Assembly (NCBI GenBank): GCA_003971905.1
Contig: RSEE01000014.1
Location: 558,001-622,000, forward strand
DNA length: 64,000 bases
Direction of reading: 5' to 3'
Origin: Moniliella sp. 'wahieum'
Lineage: Eukaryota
Shown piece by piece: positions 13,589-27,065 of this stretch. The translations under genes were made by a program, and so were the position numbers. The notes under the pieces are model-generated. The model saw only the letters and a list, made by a program, of their open reading frames with translations, searched no databases and had not been told where the DNA came from. Every line of letters starts with the position of its first letter. The stretch's first letter is position 1.

Positions 13589-13669
13589 TACATCTGCCCA
13601 TCCACACCCGCCGCTCGCCCCGCCCCCCTCCACCACCTTGCTCCCCCTCGGGTCCACTCCATCCTCACC

Positions 13670-15008
13670 ATGGCTGACATTGCGCCTGCCCCTGTCGCTC
13701 CCGCGCCCGCTGCGCCTGAGCATGCTCGCAAGAAGCTGTCCGGCTACGTTGGCTTCGCCAATCTGCCCAACCAGGTCCATCGCAAGAGCGTCCGCAAGGG
13801 CTTCACCTTTACCTGCATGGTCGTCGGCGAGAGCGGGCTGGGCAAGTCGACGCTCGTCAACACTCTTTTCAGCACCACCCTCTACCAGCCCAAGGCTGTC
13901 CCTCCCCCTCATGCTGAGCGCCCGTCGACGGTGGCCATCGAGTCGATCAGCGCTGACATTGAGGAGAGCGGGGTGCGTCTGCGTCTCAATGTGGTTGACA
14001 CCCCCGGCTTTGGCAACTTTGTCAACAACGACGGCTCCTGGAAACCGATTGTCGAGAACATTGAGCAGCGTTTTGATGCTTACCTCGAGCAGGAGAACCG
14101 AGTGAACCGCAACAAGCTCCTCGACAACCGTGTCCACGCTTGTCTCTACTTCATCCAGCCCACCGGCCACGCATTGCGGCCCATCGATGTGGAGTTTATG
14201 CGCCGTCTGCACACTAAGGTCAACCTTATTCCTGTCATTGCCAAGTCGGACACGCTCACCGACGAGGAGATCAATGCCTTCAAGGAACGCATCCTCGCCG
14301 ACATTGCTTACCACCAGATCGACATTTTCCATGCTCCCGTCTACGACAATGACGACGAGGAGACGTACGCGGAGAATGCTGAGATTGCTGTACGTACTTT
14401 TGCTACCCTTTTGTAACCCATATGTTGGTTGTACACTCACCATTTTATGGGACTTTCAGCGCAAGATTCCCTTTGCGGTCGTGGGCTCTAACTCGGAGGT
14501 GGACACTGCTGATGGCCGGCGTGTGCGTGGGCGTGCGTACCCTTGGGGCGTGATCGAGGTGGACAACGAGGAACATTGCGATTTTGTCAAATTGCGCCAG
14601 ATGCTCATTCGGACCCACATGGAGGAACTGAAGGAGCACACCAACAACACGCTGTATGAGAAGTACCGCACTGAGAAGTTGTTGGCGATGGGAGTGGCCC
14701 AGGACCACTCGGTGTTCAAGGAAGTGAACCCGGCGGCTAAGATGGCTGAAGAGCGAGCACTGCACGAAGCCAAGCTGGCCAAGATGGAGAACGAGATGAA
14801 GCTCGTCTTCCAGCAAAAGGTTGCCGAGAAGGAGGCCAAGTTGAAGCAATCCGAGGAGGAGCTTTACTCGCGCCACCGCGAGATGAAGGAGGCTCTCGAG
14901 GCCCAGCAGGCTGAGCTGGCTGACCGCAAACGGCGGATCGAGATGGGCCGTCCCCTCACGCCGGAAAAGCAGAGCCAAACCAAGAAGAAGGGCTTTTTGC
15001 GCAACTAA
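13670..15008 (+). CDS. CDC3: Septin, Cdc3/AspB group (intron 14390-14459)
   Basis: [44 protein letters not shown], coiled-coil tail ending KKKGFLRN. Confidence 0.93.
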
Positions 15009-15422
15009 GGGGTATCTTGCCTGCCGTATCCCTGCTTCCCTGTTGCTGGGTGGCGCGTGGCTGACAGCATTTGCTACGTACCTCACCCACCCTACTCCTC
15101 TTACTTTCGTTCCTTGCCGAGCGCGGTTCCTCCTTGCCCTTTCTTCTTGCGGCCATGCCATATCCCCGCTGTCACCGTTTTCTTCCCATGGTCCGTGGAT
15201 CCCCAATGCACCCTACAGCTCTCCCTTACCTTGGCTGTAGGCTTTGTCCGACGGAATAGGATGACTCCCTGTTGGGCATGAATGTACAGGCGTGCCCGCA
15301 AGCATTAAATTGGAAAAATACGAAACAACTATGAGCAAAACAGGTAGTCCTGGCATGGTGGTAGCGGCATTGACATCGTTTGCATTTCTTCTGTCGACGG
15401 CCGTACGCTCCGGTCAAATTCT

Positions 15423-16785
15423 TTACACGCCACCCAGGATCGAAAACTTGCGCACTATGCTCGGACCGTGCTCGTCATAGTCGGCCTTGGTGTAGCAAAA
15501 GTTATAGAAATCGGGTAACGAACCAAGAAGAGAGCCACCATACCAAACGGCGTAGCGCTGCATCTTGTGTGAAATAACGTTCACGTCCATTCCTGACGAG
15601 CGAGCGTTCCCGCCAGCCGCAAGTTCGGAAGCGGCAAGGCGACGATCAACAATGTCCCGTAGGTCCTTCTTCAGTCGGGCGCCAAAGTGCTGGAACATGG
15701 TTGACCCCCCCGAAAGGACAATGTTCTTGTACAACCCTCTGCGCACGTCGATCGGGCTACCCTGAATCACGCTGTCGACCACCTCGGGGAGAGGGGTGAG
15801 GAAATCCGAGGAGAGAATCTCCGGGTTGAAGAAGATCTCAGGTGCAAGGAAGCGCTCGTAGCCCACGTCCACATCGTACGTCTTGTTGGTCACCTTGTTC
15901 TCCCCCGTAAAGCGTTCAAAGTACTTGTAGGGGTCCGCGTCGTACTTGCGGAACTCGCGAACAATATCTTGGCAAACATAGCAATAGTCCTCCTTGATCT
16001 TCTCGGCAACCCGGCGGCTGTCCTCGGGTGGGATGTGGGCGGCCTCCCCGCGGTCACGGAGCAATTGTTGGACAAAGTAGGTAATGTCCCGCCCGGCGAT
16101 GGGGATGTGCTTGATCGAGCTTCCAATCACGTAGCCCTCAGCAACCGGAATGACGTGGGTCACACCATCGCCCGAGTCAACGACAGTACCGGTCAAAGTA
16201 CGGTCGGTCACCTTATTGGACGTCCAGGAAGCTGCAAGAGCCAAGACAGCCTGAACGGCAATGTAAAGCCCCTTGATGTTAAACGACTCGAAAAAGATTT
16301 CGGCCGTCATCTCGCGGTTCTCAGGAGGGTTGAGCGGAGGCTCAGTGAGCATGGCATAGTGTTCTTCGGGCTCGGCGCGAAGGTACTTGAAGATGCACTG
16401 TTCCCAGTACCGCTCCATATGGTCCCAATTGTCCACGAGACCATGACGAATCGGCTGTTCGACTTGGTACGACTTGGCATGAGCGAACGCCTCGTCACCA
16501 ATGTAAAAGTCCAAGTCCTCGATTCCACGCTTCGTTGCCAGGTTGCCAGCACCGCCTAGGCCCGCTGGCTTGGTTGGCACGCTTGGCCGCCCGGAACCCG
16601 ACGAAGCAGCGGCGCCGCCTTGGGGGCGAAGCGCGATGGCGGTGGGGAAGACAAATGAAGGCTCCGAGTTGCCGGCATACCTGCGGGAAGGATTAGCATG
16701 GGCACAGAGCAGCGAGGAATGCAACGCACCCGATCTTGGAGAAGCCAGTGCCGTTGTCGAGGATGATGACGTTGGAGCGCGACAT
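15423..16785 (-). CDS. ARP3: Actin-related protein 3 (intron 16681-16729)
   Basis: [51 protein letters not shown] and [10 protein letters not shown]. Confidence 0.97.
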
Positions 16786-16866
16786 GCTGGGCACTGCAAC
16801 AAGGCTGAGCCAGAGAGTGGTGGGGGGCTGCGAGCGACGCAGCGAGGCAATGGCCGTGCACACCGC

Positions 16867-16906
16867 CTGCCCTGCCCTGCCCTGCCCTGCCTTGCCTTGC
16901 CTTGCC
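16867..16906. repeat. (CCCTG)/(CCTTG) pentamer run upstream of the ARP3 start
   Basis: ctgccctgccctgccctgccctgccttgccttgccttgccc read directly. Confidence 0.9.
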
Positions 16907-18481
16907 CAGCCAGCCGGCGCAGGCACCACGCCGCGCTTCCGTCCCAGCCGCTGCTTACATCAGCACCCAGCCGCCACAGATGCGTGCGAATCTTAATCAG
17001 CACAGCGCGTCCGGGGTAAACCTTCCAGCTGCAACATTGCGATAACGCTTCTCACTATCATCGTCATCAGGCCTCAGACCCGGACCAGTACCTGCTGGGA
17101 GACTTGGGCCCAACGATAAAGATGGGAGAAGGAAAGTAGGGCGCCCTCTCCCCTTTAGTTTGCTTGCCAGCCCCAACCATGCGCCAGCAAAATACGCCTA
17201 CTACAGTAAAACGTCACTTCTATTTACACTCTCCCGTCGGCATCTCCCTAATAGATAAAGTTGTCTCTCCGCGCGCTTCCATGGTCTGTATTGCCTTTTA
17301 TCCTCAGACTATGGCATCTGCTATTGCATGACGACCAAATCCTGGCGGACATTTTGCTTGCTCCACTGGAACGTGTCGACGTTGGCATCGGCACTATCCC
17401 AAAAAAGTTATCTTTACGCTACATAAATCCCGCAGAGAGTATCACACACCAAAATTGCTGGTAATCTTGGCTTTTGGCTGTGTGGCTGGGAAGATGGTGG
17501 TACTGATGATATACGACGTCTGGATCTCTCTACGACTGAATTCGTGGCTCTACCATTCTTTGTGCCATCTTTCGTTTGTACAATCTCGAGTCGATTTTCG
17601 GTTTTTTGTTCACATATAATGGCGGTGGATATAGAAAAAGGTCACATCATCAACTGATGGATAGCCACATCTATTCCACCCCATGTGCCCGTGAACCCCC
17701 ATGATTTCGCATCAATCACTGTACCGTCCGGTCCTCACGAGCTTCATCACGGTGCTTCCCACACTTGGCCTCCGTTGTCATTTTTTACGACGTGGTGGAA
17801 TGCAAAGGGAATGATTTCTCTTTCGCCATGCATCATGTCATGGCATCTTATAAATGGTGTGTGGTTATAGAGGTTATCATGTCATCGGGGAAGACGGGTT
17901 CATTTGCAGTTTATGGACTTTCGGCAGCCCTTCTTGGTTTTGAGCTCCCTTTGGCATGTCCCCAAGGAATAATGAGCTTGAGTATACGCTGTGAGAGACG
18001 TCTGGAGGATGTGGCGGTGGAGCTCTATACTTACTAGTGGAGCAGGGGTGGTACGTGACGCGCGTGACGTCTGAGAGAAAGCCGAGAGGGGGTGGAGACT
18101 GTGCGAGTGTGGGGGTTCCTTCATGTCCTCGAGATTGACGATCCAAGGCCAGCAACTACTAAACGCTCGCACAGTAACGTTTAACTAGGCTACCACTAAT
18201 GCGGTGGACACAGTGCTCCTGCTCCTCTTGTTTGTGGCTCTTTGCGGTGGTGTGGGGTCCACCAGGCTCGGTGGTGGCGCGGTTCTAGGGTTGGTGATGA
18301 CGTCAGGAGCGGAATTCAAATTGCGCCGTGGGAGACTGACGCTGTGCGCGCATGTAGAAAAAATATCGTGGGCTAATAACTCAGTTCAAACTTCCGCAGC
18401 GGCTTCGAGCGGCTTCGACTTCGCGATCATCTTGCGTTGGAGTCGACTGCGGCTTGACCTTTCCACCACCACCAACACACC

Positions 18482-19738
18482 ATGCCTCCCAAGAGCAAGA
18501 AGAATGCCGAACCAGAGACGAAGGCCCGTCTGGGTCGTCCCTCTAACAAGTGCGTATATCACCTTTTCAGCTCTTTAGGCGGCGTTTGGATCGTTTATAT
18601 TGACCTTGTGTAGCCTCAAGATGGGTATCGTGGGTCTCCCCAACGTGGGCAAGAGTTCCCTCTTCAATGTGATTGCTAAGGTAGACTTGGGCAAGTCGGC
18701 CAACTTCCCGTATGCGACCATTGAGCCTGAAGAGGCTCGCGTACCTGTGCCCGATGACCGGTTCCTCTGGCTTGTGGACCAATACAAGCCCAAGAGCCAG
18801 ATTCCCGCCTTTTTGACTGTGATTGATATTGCCGGTCTGACTGCCGGTGCCTCGACTGGTGCGGGTTTGGGGAACCATTTCTTGTCCAACGTCCGCTCGG
18901 TTGACGGCATCTTCCAGGTTGTTCGTGCCTTTGCGGATGACGAGATTATTCACGTTGAGGGTGATGTGGACCCCGTGCGTGATATGGAAATCATTTCTAA
19001 GGAGTTGCGCCTGAAGGACATCGAGTGGGTCGAGAAGACGCTGGAAACGGCCAAGACACGTGCTCGTGGTGCGGGCAACTCATCTCTTGAAGACAAGCGC
19101 AAGAAGGAGGAAATTGCGACGATTGAGAAGGTCCTCAACCTTCTCCAATCTGGCCGGGACGTGCGTAAGGGTGACTGGAACCCCAAAGAGATTGACACGA
19201 TCAACGAAATGCACCTCCTTACTGCCAAGCCCGTTATCTATCTCGTTAACTTGAGCGAGAAGGACTACGTGCGGAAAAAGAACAAGTGGTTGCCCAAGAT
19301 CAAGGCCTGGATTGACGAGAACAACCCGGGTGACTCGCTCATCCCCTTCAGCGTTGCCATGGAGGAGCGTCTTGTTTCCCTCGGATCGCCCGAAGCTGAG
19401 GCTGAGGAGCTCAAGACTCTTGGTCCCAATGTGACCGGGGCCTTGGGCAAGATCACCAAGGCAGGTTACGATGGCCTTGACCTGATCCGTTACTACACGG
19501 CTGGGCCTGACGAGGTGCGCGCGTGGACTATCCGTTCGGGTACCCGGCTCCCAAGGCGGCTGGGGTGATTCACACCGACTTTGAGAACAAGTTCGTCTGC
19601 GGTGAAATCATGTCCTTCGATGACCTCAAGGAATACGGATCTGAAAATGCTGTGCGTGCGGCGGGCAAGTACGCTCAGCGGGGACGCAACTGGATTGTTG
19701 AGGATGGCTCGATCTGCTACTGGAAGGTGGGTGCCTAA
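18482..19738 (+). CDS. OLA1: Obg-like ATPase OLA1/YchF (intron 18550-18613; indel near 19545)
   Basis: [43 protein letters not shown] and [10 protein letters not shown]. Confidence 0.96.
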
Positions 19739-19886
19739 TGGGGGGTACTACTTCCAATATCATACTTTTTGAACTTGTTCCGTTATGCTTTGAACCCACA
19801 GCTCGGGTCGGGATACGTTCGTCACGCGCCTCAAAACGATGGGTTGCAAACGACATTTCGACCGAGGGATCATACGATCGCGTGAG

Positions 19887-20378
19887 CTACATATGCACCA
19901 GACGGAAGATGTCGTTGAGTACATAAAATGTCCCCTCTTGGGACACGAGGGTGAAGGCCTGGGTAAACCGAAGTGGCGAAGTCATGTTATCACCCACAAC
20001 AGTACCCGTAACAAGCACTACGAGGCCACCGGGACCGGTGGGCTGGACATCCACAGTGACGACTTGGTGCTTGATTGTTTGGAAGGGGAATGACCTGAGT
20101 TTCTCGATGATGCTGGCGTGCCGGCGTGTTGCGAACCCTCGAAGGTGAGCATCGAGTTATCGCGCTGTGGGGAAGGAGGTGAGCGACGCTCGAAGTGCCT
20201 GGGGGGAGGGGGGGGCGACCCGAGAACGCACATAAAGCGGCGCAAGGCCGGGACGCGAGGCGTCGAACTGGGTGTAATAGTACTGCACAAACTGAGGAGA
20301 GATGCACAAGTCAGATGAACCGCGAAGAAGCAGGCAGGCAGGGGACGCAGGGCTTGCCTGATGGGCGACAGCCTCCAT
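19887..20378 (-). CDS. NTF2: Nuclear transport factor 2 (GC-AG intron 20292-20357; second intron about 20166-20230; indel near 20115)
   Basis: MEAVAHQ|FVQYYYTQFD...LAPLY|RDNSMLTFEG...VDVQP...LVTG...RFTQAFTL...FYVLNDIFRL. Confidence 0.93.
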
Positions 20379-20859
20379 GGCGTGGGGATGGGTGTGGTGG
20401 AAACGGCGATGTGCAGGAGACGTGCTGGCTTGGCCGCCGAGGCGCTGCCGATGGCGCCGAGGGGTACCTGCTCACTATAGTCACTTGCCGGCGTGGTCAG
20501 CGCTCCTTGCGCCGCACAGGCCATAGCCATTGCCATATCCCAGACTCAGCCCCTGCCAACCCTAGCGCAGCAGCAGCTCCGATCGGCGGGGCACGTGACG
20601 CCGAGCGTGACGCAGGTCCTGCAATGTTCAAAGGCGGATGCGCGCGCACTCCGCAATCCGCGGCGCGGGGGCAGGCTCCGCGGGAGGCAGGCCGCAGACT
20701 GCCCCCATGCCCGGTGGCTGGCTAATCGCCCTGGGCGGCTGCGACAACCACGTCGCAGCAGCAGGCGTGGACGCTGGCAGGCCCGCCTCGCCCTCACCAT
20801 CTCCCCCCCCAACAACCACCCTCCTCTCCCGCGCTCGCTCGGCCTGTCTCGTGCCCGCC

Positions 20860-22369
20860 ATGTCCTTCCACAACATGGGAAAGTCGGCCATGCGTGTGTC
20901 GAAGAACTACATCAAGGGCTACACTGAAACCCAGGTCAAGGTCCGCCAGGCCACCAGCAACGACGCATGGGGCCCCTCTGGCCAGATCATGAACGAGATT
21001 GCCCAGCTGAGCTACAACCAGAACGACTTCATCGAGATCATGGAAATCCTCGACAAGCGTCTCAACGACAAGGGCCGCAACTGGCGCCACGTCTTCAAAT
21101 CGCTCACTCTCATTGACTACCTTCTTCATTCCGGTTCCGAGAACTGTATCCTGTACTTCCGCGACAACATCTATCTTATCAAGACTCTCAAGGAGTTCCA
21201 GCATCTTGATGAGGATGGCAAGGATCAAGGTGCCAATGGTGCGTTTTCCGTCTCTCTTCCTTCCGGTGCCTTGTGCCAATGCGACTCGATACTAACCTGC
21301 CTCTCCGCCAGTCCGCCAAAAGGCCAAGGATGTGACCAGCCTTCTCCAGGACGAGACGCGTCTGCGCGCCGAGCGTGCTGGACGGACTAGTATGAGGGAC
21401 CGCATGATGGATCGCGACTCGAGTTTCAACGATGATCCTCCTCCCCCGCGGCGCATGGACCCCAATGCGGCTCGTCGGAACAAGGAAGACGAGGACCTGC
21501 GTCGTGCCATCGAAGAAAGCAAACGTTCCTATCGCCAAAATGAGGCCCGCCTCCGTGCCGAAGCGACTGACGAAGAAGAGTTGCAGCGTGCTTTGGAGCT
21601 CTCTCGCCAAGAAGAGGAGGCTCGTATCCGCGAGCTGGAGGAGCAGAACCGCAAGGCACTGTTTGACGACAACTTGGCGCAGCCGCTGGTTGACGTCAAC
21701 GGGGCGCAGAACGCGACGTTGCAGCCTCAGTACACGTCCTTCAATCCGTACCTTCAGCAACAGCAGACGGGATTCAACCCATACCTTCAGCAGCAGATGC
21801 AAGAACAGGCTGCTCTCCAGGCCCAGTGGCAGCAACAGCAGGCTGAGCAGCAGCGACAGTGGGAGCTTCAGCAAGCTGCCCAGCAGTACCAAGCGATCAT
21901 GATGGGCCAGCAGCAGCAGTCGATGCAAATGCAAATGCAGCCCATTCAGCCTCAAGCTACTGCTGTGGGCTCTCGCAATCCTTTTGCAGCCCATCCTCAA
22001 GCGGCAGCCCCCCAGCCCCAACCTCAACCTCAGATTCAGCCCGTCTTCTCTGCTCCGGCTCCTACCTCGAGCGTCTCCCCCGCACCACCGCAACCGATCC
22101 AGCAGACAGCGTCCAACCCACCTCCTGTGCGGGTGGATCAGTCGGGCAAGTTCGACGAGCTCAACCGCCTCCTGGCACAGGGCGATGGGGTGGATACGTT
22201 TGGCAATGTCGGGGACCAGCGCTTGGGCCATGGTCAGGGTCGGGCCAATATCATGGCGACACAGCAGCACAATGCGCAGATGGGTCAGCAAGCGTTCCAG
22301 AACGCCTTTGGTTCGGCTCCTCAGGCTGCGCAGGCGCACCAGGCCGAGCAGCCTTTCTTTCAAATCTGA
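20860..22369 (+). CDS. ENT1: Epsin (ENTH domain, two UIMs, Gln-rich region, NPF); intron 21239-21311
   Basis: KVRQATSNDAWGP, RNWRHVFKSL, IKTLKEFQH; UIMs EDEDLRRAIEES and EEELQRALELS; RNPF; DTFGNVGDQR. The symbol is family-level (ENT1/ENT2). Confidence 0.92.
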
Positions 22370-23485
22370 GGCTTCGCTTTCCTGTCCCTATCGTTGTCTC
22401 AGCCGCTTGCATGGCCGGTACCGATCTTTCTCTCAAATGTGGCTCCTGCCCGCCCCCATTTACCTGTTCTGGCGGCGAGGCGATGAGCCGGGTAGGACAC
22501 TTGGCGCTCAAGGCCGCTTGCTGCCGAATCGTTGTATCTCCCATAACCCACCGCTCTCTTTCCTCTTTTCGGCTTAACAACTATATTTCCTCCCCCTCCT
22601 GCACATTTCTCGCCTCTACCGCACTTAGCTGCTTGTCCACGTGGGATATTTTAAGTGATGGAATCCATTGGAGAGCGGATTGCACTGGTGACGGAAGACG
22701 TGGGGACAGCGTCTCTTTGGCCTCAAATGGGACGGCCAAGTGATGAAAACTCAGACGAAAGAAGGTGATGAGATTGTTTATAGCGTTTATCTGCTCCGCC
22801 AGTTGCCCGTTGGACTTGGTGCATGTAGATACTCATCTTGACTGCGGAAAGAGGTTGGACTTACAAAAAACCACTTGCAGGTGCGATTTTGTCTACCAGG
22901 TTACAGCTACTAGTATATGAGTCCGAGGGTCCGAGTAGGGCAGAGCGATCCAACGAGTTAGTCAGGACTACAGGTGATCATTAAAGATGAGACACAGAAT
23001 GCTTTGAGTGGCTGTCTGAGTAAGTAGTTTAGTATGCCTTCTTCTCCACCTCATAAAATGTAGAGGGATTCCCGCAGTAATGGTTCGTCCATAATATGGC
23101 CTAGTGGATGGTGGTGGATGGTGGTGGATGGGAAAAGGTAGACCATTGTTTCTTGCTCCGTAAGAAATGGGGAGAAATCGACTCTTGGTAAATTAGGTGG
23201 AAGTTTGACGACTTGAATAAGGCAGCAGAGAATAACGAGAATAGCGAATGGACTATGTGGACAATCCGTCTCTCCAGGTTATGGAGGAGACGGTTTATGT
23301 GGGAACCCAAGCAGACATCTACTCAGTGCGTACTCAGTTATACTCACGTCTAACTAGACAGTCACTATTCAAACAGACTTTCTATATACTGAGATCAATG
23401 CTTTTCTGGGACAGCATAGGAAAAGGATGGGCCCGTTGGCAATACATTGGCGTATTGCAAGTGAGCTAGGGAAGCGAGTGTGGAC

Positions 23486-25875
23486 TTAATTTTTGGCCTT
23501 GCCCTTACCCTTGGCCTTCTTTTTGGGCGGGACAACATGCTTGCGGCGCTTGCCCTTGTCGAAGTTGTTGGCCCAGACCAGGTCACGGCCAAGGGAGTCG
23601 GGCTTCTTGACTTGGTAAATGCGCACAATCCAATTCTCCGACGTGAACGCCTCGTCAAGAATATCGAGTTGCGGGCCCTTGGTAGCAGTGGCCGAACCAC
23701 GGACGCGGTCCATGCCGGGGCGTCCACCGAAGAGCTCGTTGAAGCGGTAGTAGCTCATCTTGTACATCAGCGAGTTCTTCATCGTGTCGGTCGCACCGTC
23801 GTCAATCCGGTACTGGCCGTCAGGGGTGAAGAAGTCTTGCTCACGGATCTCGTTGGGCCAAACGCCTTGAGCAATGCGGATCATCCACAGATACTTGTTG
23901 ATATCGTCGCCCGAAAAGCCGAGCAGCCCACCATAGATGATCAAGATGTAGTCCACATCGTGCTTGCGCAAGATGGGATACGCCTTGTGCTCCGGGCTGC
24001 TCATTGCCCGCCCGACTGTGGCGATGTGAGTGTTGTTCCACGTGTTGTTGTCCACCAGCGTTGGGCGGTCGGCCATGCCGGCAATTTGATAGCCATAATC
24101 CCACCAGCTCATCACCTTAGCGTCCGTCGGGGTGTTCTGGCGTAGCCAATAGTAGGCCTCACGGAAATCGTCAATGATGTGCTGGGAACCGTCGGGGTTA
24201 CGGCTAGCCAGCACAACCGAAGGCGAGCTGTAAGCTGTCGAGGTGACATACGTGCAGTGCAACACGAACATGAGCAGCAGCAACAACGTGTATCCCGACA
24301 CCAGCAAACGGCTGTCCAATCCGTAGATGCCTGTCATGTGCACCACCTTCTTGGCCGTCGCCACCGTCGAGCTAACCGTAGACGAAGCGAGTTCCTTAGC
24401 CTTGGCCGCGGCCGTGTTCTTGCCTTGGCCGTTTTAGGCTCCACCACCACAGGAGTAGAGGCAGGAGACTCATCATCTTCATCCTCGAGCGCCTCCTCAG
24501 TCGGTTCACGCGGATCCAGGTACACATCAAGCAAGGTACTCACTGCCACTGCGCCCGCAACGCAGACGATAGGAGTAAGCGTAAGCATAAGACGCACCAT
24601 GACCGAGGCAAAGTACGAGGCCAGAACACCGTAGATGATGACAAAGACGTGCTCGTCGCGCATCTCACGGAACAAAGGTAGACTCCCGCGGGAAGAGGAA
24701 AATGAGCATATGCAAGTCAAAGAAGAAGGCGGGCCAGGCGGGTGGCTGGTGTTCCGACACTGAAGCGATGATGGGGATGTGCTTCTTGGCGTAACCAGTG
24801 TCCCAAAGGGAGTAGAAGCGACCACCCCAAGGAGCTACATAACCCATGTAGGTCAACCCCACCAAAGCGGCGAAGGCCAATCCAAAGAAGCCGACCACGC
24901 CAACACGGAGCAGGATGCGGAATTCCCGCGAGGGGACATGCGAACGGACGAGCTCAACAAATGCAACGAGCTGGAGCAGGCCAAACACACCAAGTGCAGC
25001 CATGTGTTCAGAGGTCCGCACAGGAAGGAAGCCGACAAAGGGGACTTGCATGCTGGCCAGTGTACCGATTGTGTACCACGTGCTGTACGCCACATACAAC
25101 CGCCCACTGAAGCGGCCCATGACGAGAAGAACGAAGACGTGGAGAGGAATCATGTTGGTGATGAACACGTAGCCACCCCATGCGGCAACCATGTAGAAGT
25201 AGAAGAGAGCGCATAGAGCGCCCCACATCGCACTGCCTTCCTTCATGGCCTTGATCCACAAATAAAAGGTCATCATGAGCAAGAAAATGGCAATTGCTTC
25301 GTTGTCATACGAGCCAGCCACCGAGCGGGAGATATAGCCTGATATGACAACTAGGTGAGCTGGAAATTCAGGACACGGGGGAAGAAAACGTACCAGGAGC
25401 AATGCCAACGAAGACAGCAGCCAAGAGCCCGGCTGCATCGTCCTTCATGTGCTTGGTGAACATGTATGTTGCCCAGGCAGTCAGACCACTGAAAGCGGGA
25501 GCAAGCATAACACAGATGTTGCGAATGTCAACCGGGATGTTGAGAGCGTGCAAAACATTGTAAATGGTTCCACTGGTCACCATGAGGCCGGGGTAGACGG
25601 TTCCACCTGCAGCGCGACCGAGCGGGTACCAAGCAGTGGGGTCAAACCAGTTCCAGAAACGGTAGAAACCATCCTTAGCGAGCACCTTGGTGGCGCGGAA
25701 GTTGAACCAGGGATCAAACTCGTGGATAATGCTCTCGTGACGGACCACAGCGAAGAGGCGCGACGACACGGCGGCGCCGGCGATGGTGAGGATGATGACG
25801 AGACGCAGCAGCAGCGATACGTTGCGCCACACCCGGGCTGAGCGTGGGCAAGCGGTAGGCGTAACCGGTGCCCAT
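23486..25875 (-). CDS. STT3: Oligosaccharyltransferase catalytic subunit STT3 (intron 25339-25393; several indels)
   Basis: [45 protein letters not shown] and [10 protein letters not shown]. Confidence 0.97.
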
Positions 25876-26406
25876 CGTGTCGGATGGTAGGACGAGCGGC
25901 AGAAGGTGGTGGTGGAGCGCACAGCAGGTCGCACCAGCCACCTCTCTTCTGCTGCCTGCCCTCGGTCCACCCCGCCCCGAATGTGCTACGTGGAGCACTG
26001 CTGGCAGTCAGCGCAGCGGAATTCGCGCTGCCACGTCCCAGCATCCAGGCATGATGCATGCATGATGCATGACACATGCCATTCCGCCCTCATCAGCTGA
26101 CCCGAGTCTGTCTCGCTACAAGTGCATTTTCATCACTGGCAAACTGTCCATGCCATACCCAACACCTGCCCGGACACCGGCTTGCTGGACGAGATATCCA
26201 TTTTGTCGAGGGCACGCACCAAGTGCACATAGAAGCATAGGAGAGCAGGCCCAGCAGTACCAAACCCAGGGACGACAGCTACAGCTGTCGCACAGCGACG
26301 CAGGATAGGTACAGAAAAGGACACACCTTGCTCCGCATAGGAGGATGAATGGGTCGACACGGAACGACAGGCCCAGCCATCCAGAAGAGGAGCCAACCAA
26401 GCTGGT

Positions 26407-26898
26407 TTAACGGTACGACTTCTGGCGGCGGGCACGGGCACCCTTGCCGCCGAACTTCTTGGGCTCCATGCGGCGGGGGTCGGCGATAAGGAGGGTCCGG
26501 TCGTAGCTCACGAAAAGCTGGCGCAGCTCCAGGGCCGACGAAGCATCGTAGAACTTGGCGTAGTATGCCACAAGCGCCTTGGCGATGGCTTGGCGGATAG
26601 CGTACACCTGCGAGGTGTGGCCACCACCCGAGACGCGGACGCGGATGTCAACGGGGCTGCATAAAAAAATGTCAGTCGTTACAGTGGGTAACGTTAAAAA
26701 AGAGATAGAAAACGCACGCGAACTTGTCCTCCCCAACGATGAGGACCGGCTCGTAAGCTTCCAGCGGAGCACCTCGGGCTTCATGAGGTGAATGGGCTGG
26801 CCGTTGACACGGAGCAGACCCTTGCCAGCCTTGGCGTAGGCCACAGCCGTGGCGGTCTTCTTCTTGCCGAAGCACGAAACGGCTTGGGGGTTAGACAT
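26407..26898 (-). CDS. RPS16: 40S ribosomal protein S16 (uS9); intron 26657-26717; indel near 26755
   Basis: [32 protein letters not shown] and [19 protein letters not shown]. Confidence 0.97.
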   Translation of the reverse strand: MSNPQAVSCFGKKKTATAVAYAKAGKGLLRVNGQPIHLMKPEVLRWKLTSRSSSLGRTSSRAFSISFLTLPTVTTDIFLCSPVDIRVRVSGGGHTSQVYAIRQAIAKALVAYYAKFYDASSALELRQLFVSYDRTLLIADPRRMEPKKFGGKGARARRQKSYR

Positions 26899-27065
26899 CT
26901 GCCATAGACATTTGGTCAGTGCCGCGTTCGAGTGGGAAGCTGCCACCACCGCACTACCAGGACCCACACACCATCGCTCGGCAGGAAGGTGTTGCGAGCA
27001 AGATGTAACGTGTGGCATCCACCAGCGCGCAAGGATGGGCAAGCGGGTTAGGACTCGAGACTCAC
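26899..27065 (-). other. 167-nt 5'-UTR intron of RPS16 containing a long hairpin
   Basis: Minus-strand GTGAGT donor at 27065, CTGAC branch, CAG acceptor immediately before the ATG. Confidence 0.75.

Noticed and set aside
17200..18170. Possible degraded minus-strand gene between ARP3 and OLA1
   Set aside because: Short frames with frequent stops and no recognisable domain or consistent splice model.
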